Assembly (NCBI GenBank): GCA_951406725.2 | Contig: OX597827.1 | Coordinates: 59,830,001 to 59,894,000, forward strand | Source of the DNA: Octopus vulgaris | Lineage: Eukaryota | DNA length: 64,000 bases | Direction of reading: 5' to 3' | Part shown: positions 53,933 through 64,000 of the stretch, in pieces | Layout of the letters: the number at the start of each line of letters is the position of its first letter | How positions within the stretch are numbered: the stretch's first letter is position 1 | Made by a program: the position numbers and the translations under genes | The notes under the pieces: generated by a model | What the model was told of the DNA's origin: nothing | Database searches by the model: none | Seen by the model: only the letters and a program-made list of their open reading frames with translations

Positions 53933-55905
53933 GTATGTGTGTGTGTGTGTGCATGTGTGTGTATGTGTGTATGTAATTTTTGCACTAGCGCGTGTGCGGA
54001 CACACAAACCCGCACATATATATGTATGCAGTTTTGTGTGTGTGTGTGTATGAGCGCGCGCTGACGCGTGCATGTGTCTCACGCACGGTTACACATAGAT
54101 AAACAACAGACAGACAAAAGTCAAACTGACAGAAGCCTTGCGTTAGACACCATATTGGTGTACAGTTATACCTACACACTCCGGGCGTTGCGAGGGAAGG
54201 TGACACTCGATACCCATGCTATGATATTTATTTAACTATCAATTTGATCATCCTTCAGTTACCGTTGCGTGTGGATCGATGTGTTATGTCGTCGTGGTGG
54301 TGGTGGTGGGAGAATTTTGAGTGGAGATGGGTGGAGGAAGTGACCTCGTGTCTCAAAATATACTTCGAAGGTCATCAGGTTTGATCTCGGATTATTTTCT
54401 TATGAATTCCACATCCTATTACCACCACCAGCACCACCATCACTACCACCACCATCACCACTACCACCAACACCACTTCCATTACCACCACCACCAACAC
54501 CACTACCATCATCACCATCACCACTACCACCACCATCACCACTACCACTAACACCACTACCATCATCACCATCACCACCACCACCATCACCACCATCACC
54601 ACCACCACTACCACCATCACTACTACCACCAATACCACCATCATCACTACCATCACCATTACCACCACCTCTACCACCATCACCACTACTACCACCACCA
54701 CCACCATCACCACCATCACCACCACCATCACTACCACCACCACCACCACCATCACCACTACCACCATCACCACCACCACTACCACCATCACCACTACCAC
54801 CAACACCACCATCCAGACGCACAAACGAATAACTGAATAAATAAATGAATACATAAATAAATAAATAAATAAAAGATAAAAAAACATAAAAAAGTGCAAG
54901 GTTCACTGAAAAGGTCCCGGTTTACTTAGTGCTGCTATAAAATACGAGTCTTTCAGGTGAGTGCTTTGTATCATCAGGTTAAAGAGGTTTTCACCTGTGC
55001 TTACCTAAATTAGGGTTCTTATTGTCTATTATTCATGTTCACCTCACATTAAGGATCTTTCAAACAATCTGTCAAGAACCTTAAATTGAATCTCTACTTT
55101 TCTCTTTCTCCTTTTGTCTTTTCACAAAACTATGCGTTAACAAAATAAGGAGCATCCCCAACCATTTTTTAATTGTTTTGTTTTGATTTTTGATTTTTTT
55201 TGTACTTCTATTTATTTGCTTTACATTGAGTTTCTTCTTTTTTTAAAAAACAAAAGCGTGTTACGATTACATTTATATAATTTTTTTGACCTACTTTTTT
55301 GCTGGGTAGAGGTGAAATTCCTTGGGTATGTTTAGGTTTCAGACTACTGATTTGTGATTCGTGATTCATGAGCCGTGAGTCGTGTGTCGTGAGTCACGGT
55401 CAAGCGTAGCGTTATCTTGTGTTTCAAGTCAGGAAAGTTGATCTGTCGTTGCTTCTGTTTCAAAAGCTTTGAGGAATGTGGAACCGTCTCTTAGCCACTA
55501 GTGTTCTTGGGTTTCCTCTGATTCAGGGCAGTAGCACTTGTCTGGGCCCCAGTTTTGGTGAAAAAGCATTTACAAATCCGAGCCAAGGTACGTTGAAATC
55601 ATGGTGGATGTGAACTATTTTAACAAATCAATCTTATTGAATCAATGCCAAATATCACTAGATGCTGAGCAGATGAACAGACAACAAACTGTCAATGGCT
55701 ACAATCAACCACTTCCCCTAGCGAAGTACTTCTATCATCTACAGTCGTAGCGGGCGCAGATGAGATTTCATTTTGCGAAAGACCAATGTAACTAAAATTC
55801 AGGCCAGACGTTCATGCAGCGAATGAATCTTACTAAATCAACGGTGAATATCACAAGATGCCGAGTGGATGAACATACATAATGTCAAAAGCCTGGATCA
55901 ACCAG

Positions 55906-56458
55906 TTCAGTTAGCGAACTACCGCGACTATCTGTAGTCGTAGCGTGCGCAAATGAGATTTCAGTTAGCGAACTACCGTTACCATCTGTAGTCGTAGCGT
56001 GCGCAAATGAGATTTCAGTTAGCGAACTACCGCGACCATCTGTAGTCGTAGCGTGCGCAAATGAGATTTCAGTTAGCGAACTACCGTTACCATCTGTAGT
56101 CGTAGCGTGCGCAAATGAGATTTCAGTTAGCGAACTACCGCGACCATCTGTAGTCGTAGCGTGCGCAAATCAGATTTCAGTTAGCGAACTACCGTGACCA
56201 TCTGTAGTCGTAGCGTGCGCAAATCAGATTTCAGTTAGCGAACTACCGCGACCATCTGTAGTCGTAGCGCGCGCAAATGAGATTTCAGTTAACGAACTAC
56301 CGCGACCATCTGTAGTCGTAGCGCGCGCAAATGAGAATTCAGTTAGCGAACTACCGCGACCATCTGTAGTCGTAGCGTGCGCAAATGAGATTTCAATTAA
56401 CGAACTACCGCGACCATCTGTAGTCGTAGCGCGCGCAAATGAGATTTCAGTTAGCGAA
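55906..56458. repeat. 54-bp CpG-rich minisatellite, about 10 near-identical units
   Basis: GAGATTTCAGTTAGCGAACTACCGCGACCATCTGTAGTCGTAGCGTGCGCAAAT in tandem, with no spacers. Confidence 0.95.
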
Positions 56459-56819
56459 AGCCCACTGTGACTAAAAAAAGCCATACGAGCCGTTCTTGTC
56501 TCAACGATGGCGTGGAAGAGTTACATAGCTCTGGGCAAGTCACCCAACCTGATTGATGCATATGTCTGTGTTTTGTTAGAGTAAGAGTGGGGTATGAATT
56601 TATATATGTGTGTTTGTGCATATAAGTGTGTGTGCATGCATATATGTATGTATATGTACATTTTGTGTTCGGGAGTATGCGACATACGAGAGATTTTTAG
56701 TTAGTGAATGTGAAAAACTGTGTTCGGGCTAAATTAGACAGATTGCATAAGAGGTCTAGAAAACACTTTATCCCATACTCTCTTTGCTCTTTTACTCTTT
56801 TACTTGTTTCAGTCATCTA

Positions 56820-56882
<63 letters not shown>

Positions 56883-56887
<5 letters not shown>

Positions 56888-57726
56888 ATATTGGCAGGGC
56901 TGGCCTGCTAGGTAGCCGGCCAGAATGCTAGAAATAGATCATAAACGATCAAACTACAAGGGAAATTCTCTAGAGGAAGAATTCAGCAAACACCAGAACC
57001 GAATTTCGTTTATGATCTATTTCTAGCATTCTGGCCGGCTACCTAGCAGGCCAGCCCTGCCAATATACACATATATTTGAATTTTCTCTGACTCCTCAGA
57101 TTTTTTGAATGCTGGACTACTGGTTTTAAATTGATATTAAAATTAATATTAATTTATCTCCCTCAATTTTTAAATATTTAAATAAATACGTTCCCTAGCA
57201 GTAAGCTTTACCCGCAGTGAATTATTCACTGCAGCCCTTCGCTTCAGGAGTCTCTTAGCGCGCCGGAACCAAGACATTTGAAATTTTATTCCCGATGTAA
57301 TCAGTAAGACTAAGCACGTGTCTGTCTTGACACAGAGAGCTGGGGTTAGTCTTGTGGTTTGCATCTCGAGGACCGAATGTACTGAAGAAGTCACGGACAC
57401 TTGAATTATGCAAGTAATTCTTTTGTTAAGACCGAAAACGAGGTATGCATTTAAGTCTGTTTTTTATTTAATTTTTCATATGTCCTGCCCGCCAAATTCG
57501 GTTCTGGTGTTCGCTGAATTCTTCCTCTAGAGAATTTCCCTTGTAGTTTGATCGTTTATGATCTATTTCTAGCATTCTGGCCGACTACCTAGCAGGCCAG
57601 CCCTGCCAATATACACATATATTTGAATTTTCTCTGACTCCTCAGATTTTTTGAATGCTGGACTACTGGTTTTAAATTGATATTAAAATTAATATTAATT
57701 TATCTCCCTCAATTTTTAAATATTTA
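56883..57726 (+). mobile_element. young hammerhead element: inverted arm, 174-bp direct repeat and 546-bp unit
   Basis: 56883-57006 is the reverse complement of 57494-57617; 57007-57180 matches 57553-57726; aatgta CTGAAGA agtc...gacc GAAA ACGAGG TA tgcatt at 57376-57451. Confidence 0.85.
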
Positions 57727-57751
57727 TATATATATATATATATACACACAC

Positions 57752-57783
<32 letters not shown>

Positions 57784-57793
57784 GTATATATAG

Positions 57794-57826
<33 letters not shown>

Positions 57827-58297
57827 TGTATGTATGTATGTATGTATGTATGTATAGAGCGTTAGGTGTGGCGTACAGATATTGAATATTGGGAAAAAAA
57901 GGTCGCCAGAATTTTGGTAAAATATCTTTTTATTTATTCATTATTCTTTCGTTTGTTTCTCGAACTTGTCAAATAGAATTTTGTGAATGTACAAACAGCT
58001 TCTTCGTTTATATAAAACGGATGTTTTTTGGGGGGTGCGGGTTGTTTCGAAGAGGGGAACATTGTTTTTGTTTTTTTGGGGTGTGGGGTGCGGTTCCATG
58101 ACAATGGAGATAGATAAATACAAAGATATGTAGTAGTTAGGTTGATAGAGAGAGAGGGGGAGAGGGGATGAGGGGGGAAAAGGGGATTCCCCCTTCTTAT
58201 TCCCCATTCATTCATTTAGTCATTTACCATTGTATTGAAATGGTTTTAAGGATGGTGATCTCTTCAAGAAAGAAAAAAACAGGTATGGTGTGGTCAT

Positions 58298-58472
58298 CAC
58301 TTGACGACCGATGTTGGTGTGTTTACGTCCCAGTAACCTCGCGGTTCGGTAAAAGAAACCAATAAAAGTACTAACTTTTCGATTTCTTCGTCTAAAAAAC
58401 ATTTTGAGGTGCTCCAGCATGGCCGCAGTCAAAAAATGATTGAAACCAGCAAAAGAATAAAAGGATAAAAGA
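58298..58472 (+). mobile_element. SINE type A 3' half, degenerate
   Basis: CTTGACGACCGATGTTGGTGTGTTTACGTCCC...GCTCCAGCATGGCCGCAGTC. Confidence 0.8.
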
Positions 58473-58477
58473 ATAGA

Positions 58478-58543
<66 letters not shown>

Positions 58544-58549
58544 TATATT

Positions 58550-58972
58550 TAATTAGAGGATATGTCAACCTCGTAAACGGATGGTTACATCCAAGGAAAT
58601 AATAGTTCCAATACCTAGTATTATTAGGGAGTGAAATTGCCTTAAAACAATAGGTATATATTTAGCATATAATTTATATCCAGTTGAATGAAGAAAAGAA
58701 AACGGAGAGTAGTAAGTTTATAATTATTTATTATTAACAAACATCAGACTGTCTGCTGAAATGGACTGATAGGTCCGCATATAAAATTTCAAGGTTTATC
58801 TTTTCATCTGCAGAAATTATGTTCATGTCACATAAATTAAAATTTAATATACAAATTTGTAATTAAATTATTAAGTGTTAATTGAAACGGCTGTAAGAAG
58901 TAAAGAAGACCAATTTGTTAATAAGAAATTATTATAAACTTCCTACTCTCCATTTTCTTTTCTTCATTTAAC
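58550..58972. mobile_element. family H5 foldback element
   Basis: Arms 58683-58741 / 58914-58972; tail 58550-58682 is homologous (reverse complement) to 30740-30870; CTGCAGA aatt...aatt GAAA CGGCTG TA. Confidence 0.7.
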
Positions 58973-58977
58973 TATAT

Positions 58978-59844
58978 AGGTAGGTACGTACATATATGTA
59001 TGTATATATGCATATGCTTTATTTATTTATTAATTGATTATATGACGGAACGCACGCATCCATTTCTAAGTAAGATTGTTCTTAATATTAATAATGATGC
59101 GCACTCTTAACCTTTCTCTCCCCCTCCCTTTCTCAGCCGTCATTCTTTTGGCTTTCCTTTTCTTCTACCTTACTGTCTCTCCCTCCTTCTCTCTCTCTCT
59201 CTCTCTCATTCTTTTCTCAACAACCATTCCCTTTTTTTCTCTCCCTTTTCCTTACTCCTCCTCCTCCCTCCTGTCGTTGACCTGTGACGAGAGCTCTGCT
59301 ACTGCCTTTCTGTCCCGGCTGCCTTCAAGTAGAGACGGCCCTTTCTGTTGTTCCTTTGCCGTTCTCAAACAATAGCGTTCGTAAAAAATTTTATCTCGTT
59401 CGGCTTAACAGCCCTTCTTGTTTGTGTTACTGTTATTCTCCTTGTCCTGTCTTTTACTGTTTATATTTTGTACTGTCGTTACTGTCCTGTTTTTGTTACC
59501 ATTTTTACCCCTCCGGAAAAAAATCTAAATTTTATTTAATTTGATTTTCGCGGGAAGGATTGTTTCATTAAAGTCATGTATCGCCTTGACCTTAGAAACG
59601 TGGAGTAGATGAAACAAAGGCGACTGAAGAAGGGGAATTTTCCTTGTTTTGTATGTCCTGTACTCTATTTTTTCGTTGTTTAAGAAAAATGTCCATTTCC
59701 TTGGTTTTGTGTTTATGTTTTCGTTTCTCATAGTGTTCGACGTATGTTTGGTGTCCTGTACCCATATATGCATGTATATATACATGTAGAGGTAGGTACG
59801 TACATATATGTATGTATATATGCATATGTTTTATTTATTTATTA

Positions 59845-59847
<3 letters not shown>
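58978..59847 (+). mobile_element. 812-bp unit bounded by a 58-bp direct repeat
   Basis: 58978-59035 matches 59790-59847; ends in (TA)n; hammerhead-like remnant at 59560-59630. Confidence 0.6.
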
Positions 59848-59897
<50 letters not shown>

Positions 59898-59903
<6 letters not shown>

Positions 59904-60550
59904 AGAGGAATGACCACTAATAGTGGACAGCCTGTATGCTAGATATAGACGTCAAACTCGCCAATTATCACGAAGAATGTGTTCACAAGAAAAAATTCAG
60001 CAAAGACAAAAGTTTAAAAATAAGACAAATGAAAATATACGAAAATAAAAAACGATTACCTACGTACTTGTTAATATTTACGTATATGGATACGTAAACA
60101 TCTGCAAGATCATCAGCGTAGTGTGTCGTTTACGAAATACAATTTCTAGAACTAGATACAGGGCACTCGACCGAAATGAAGCATGTATAAAGCACCACAA
60201 ATTATATCTATGTGTATCTTTCAAATGCCTTCACTTTGGCGCGCTGAGATCGGAAATTACTCCGCAGTTAATAAACTGATTAGTTTCGTTTTTTTCTGTC
60301 AAATCTCTTTCGTTGCAGCTTGCAAATTTTTCCATGAGTAATAATCTAGAATAAGATCTGACAAACAAAAGTAAAACAAATTAACTAGTTGGATATTTAA
60401 CCAATTGACTGATAATAAAGAAAAGGAGTGGAATTGAACCAGTGTGTGTGCTAATTATATTGGCATAATGACTCTTCATAGACACAACAAAATTTGTTTC
60501 AACACACGAATTCACATAAAGAATCTTTCAAGCCGGACACAAAAACGAAA
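59898..60550 (-). mobile_element. TA-flanked element with decayed hammerhead
   Basis: Minus strand ctacg CTGATGA tcttg...caag TA cgtag (GAAA and helix III missing); CTATATCTAGC subterminal motif. Confidence 0.45.
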
Positions 60551-60730
60551 AAAAAAAAAATATATATATATATAGATATAGTTATACTTGGTGATACCCT
60601 TATTGTTCCAATTAAACCCACATACTATATAGTGCGTGTGTTAATTGGCAAAAGATGAATATCCAGAAGTATAACAATATGTTTCAATAAACGATTTCAC
60701 ATCAGGAATCTTTTAAAACAAATACATACA

Positions 60731-60784
<54 letters not shown>

Positions 60785-60966
60785 TGCATATATATGTGTG
60801 TGTATGCATATATATATATATATATAACATACATGTATATGTACTATAAAAATATATATATAATATTATATAATACATAGTTGTATATAATATATAAAGA
60901 CGCGTATATACATGTAAATATACACACACATACACACGCTTATATACATATCGGCATATATAAATC

Positions 60967-61009
<43 letters not shown>

Positions 61010-61213
61010 CATATATATGTATATGTATATATGTATATATGCGTACATATGCATATATATATATATGTATATACATACATATATATATATATACATACAT
61101 ATATATATATATATACATATGTTCCATTCTAGCAAAAACTATATATACGCAACAAAACCATAGTACGATTTTGTTGAATTTCGTGCTAAATAAAGTAATA
61201 AATATATATATAT

Positions 61214-61294
<81 letters not shown>

Positions 61295-61336
61295 ATATAT
61301 ATATATATATACATATATATACATATATATATATAC

Positions 61337-61370
<34 letters not shown>

Positions 61371-61390
61371 GTTATATATATATATGTATG

Positions 61391-61421
<31 letters not shown>

Positions 61422-61496
61422 GTATATATATATATGCATATATATATATATGTATATATATATATATGTATATGTATGTATATATATATATGCATG

Positions 61497-61647
<151 letters not shown>

Positions 61648-61689
61648 TGTATGTGTGTGAATGTTCATGTATGTATCCACTTTATCTCA

Positions 61690-61935
61690 TGTGACATTTC
61701 GGTGCCTTCCAGGCTGGTTCTTTTGGCTTCTCGTTCTCCGCTCGTTGATCGTGTGATAATGGATATCATAACTAATGCCAGAGTATCATATTGCCTGGCA
61801 TGAGACCTCCTGCCTTCCATGGAATAACTCTTGGACGGAAGAACTGGGTATCTTTCTGCTGGATGCGGTGAGGTGGGGAAGGAGTGACGAATGGAATGAG
61901 TACATCCGGCGCACATGGTTCACGCGCCATCTTTA
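61690..61935 (-). pseudogene. possible RTE-like LINE remnant
   Basis: Minus-strand RWRVNHVRRM weakly recalls the RTE RW.GHV.RM motif. Confidence 0.25.
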
Positions 61936-62029
61936 TTAGATTCGGAGACAGAGTTAGAGAATAAGGGACTAAGCGTCAAGGGTGTGAAAAAGAGAGAAGA
62001 GGTGAGAGTGACAGAGAGAGGGGCGAGTG

Positions 62030-62600
<571 letters not shown>

Positions 62601-62705
62601 AAAAGGGTAAAAGATGTGTGTGTATGTGTGTGTGTGTTTGTGCGTGTGTGTGCGCGAGCGTGTGTGTGTGCATGTATCAATGTAAGTAGGTTTGCATCTC
62701 GATAG

Positions 62706-62737
<32 letters not shown>

Positions 62738-62811
62738 AGTGTGAGAGAGATAGAGTCAGAGAGAGAAAGTGAGAGAGAGGAGAGACAGAGAGTGAAACGT
62801 AGAGAGAGAGA

Positions 62812-62848
<37 letters not shown>

Positions 62849-62854
62849 TCAGAG

Positions 62855-62885
<31 letters not shown>

Positions 62886-63110
62886 CAGGGTGAAAGAGAG
62901 TGAAAGACTATTGCAAGAATTGTTATTCTGGTTTTGGTCTTGACGGCAGGAATGTTAAATACTGATTAGAAGAACATTTGTCGACATATTGGCGGGACAG
63001 AGAGGCAGGAAGAAGAATTAAAAAATTTGCGTCTGTCTCCCCCTCTCTCTCTCTCCTTCTCCTTCTTCCTCCATCTTTCTTATTCACTCTCTCTCTCCTT
63101 CTCGCTCTTC

Positions 63111-63153
<43 letters not shown>

Positions 63154-63314
63154 TCTTGCTCTTTCTTCATCTTTCTCACTCTTTCTATCTCTCTGTCTCC
63201 ATCTTTCTAACTCTCTCACTTTCTCTCTCTTTCTCTCACTCACTCTCTCTCTCTTTCTCTCTATCTTTCTCTCTCTATCTATCTCTCTATCTATCTATCT
63301 TTCTCGCTCTCTCA

Positions 63315-63351
<37 letters not shown>

Positions 63352-63536
63352 ACTCTCGCACACTCACGCGAGCATCCATCCTCTGTTTCTCACACACATA
63401 CACTCTATCATTCTCTTTATCGTTCTCCCTTGCATTGCATCAAACACACCACACACACACACACTTATACACAAACACTCACTCACACACCTTCATATTC
63501 TCACCATGGGTGAAATCGCTCATGTGTATATATATC

Positions 63537-63575
<39 letters not shown>

Positions 63576-63744
63576 ACAAACGAATTTCTGCGTGCGTGTC
63601 CGTGCGTGTTTTTGCATGAAATAGTGGAGACCTCTATAAGACTGTGTGAATGTGTGTGTGCGCGCGCGCATGTGTGTAAGGTGTGGATGTTTGTATACTC
63701 GCACAAAAACGCTTGCGCACGCACGCACACACATACACACACTC

Positions 63745-63802
<58 letters not shown>

Positions 63803-64000
63803 GTAGTCGTCCTAAAATATATAAGGCAGAAAATATATTTGTCAATACTAATCAATTATACAGTATGATAAAATCGGTTGAAATGGATATATGGGGATAT
63901 ACGTATAATAATATAGATACATACATGCATGCATACATACATACATACATACATACATACATACATACATACATACATACATACATACATACATACATAC

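Noticed and set aside
54930-54965. TATAAAA followed by CAG/GTGAGT
   Set aside because: Spacing is too short for a TATA-to-first-exon layout, and there is no other support.
55906-56458. CRISPR-like appearance of regular repeats (also 20140-20830 and 50930-51650)
   Set aside because: Units are contiguous with no unique spacers, there are no cas genes, and the context is eukaryotic.
60575-60710. Imperfect hairpin plus minus-strand CTGATGTGA...GAAACATATTGTT
   Set aside because: The core is interrupted and helix I is absent; possibly a decayed family member but not callable.

Overview
Very repeat-rich, AT-rich animal genomic DNA. The (TA)n/(CATA)n/(GATA)n/(TAA)n/(CAC)n microsatellite load and the SINE families resemble Octopus (inference; no database search was run). 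Almost all listed ORFs are microsatellite artefacts, and no host gene can be called confidently; one low-complexity terminal-exon candidate lies at about 37.9-38.6 kb. Recognisable content: three tRNA-derived SINE types, mariner (DD34D) copies including one full-length decayed copy, a maT-like (DD37D) copy, hAT/pogo/mariner MITEs, CR1 and Dong/R4 LINE fragments, and several minisatellites. The main unannotated signal is about 20 non-coding elements of 150-900 bp inserted in (TA)n tracts. They recur with an 'inverted arm + unit + unpaired tail' or terminal direct-repeat architecture. Many carry minimal type I hammerhead ribozyme motifs (CUGANGA...GAAA-palindrome-UH) whose helices covary between copies. 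This fits non-autonomous Penelope-like elements or non-LTR retrozymes, including one near-textbook 359-nt retrozyme-like unit at 36.8-37.2 kb. All folds were read by eye, and many boundaries are approximate.
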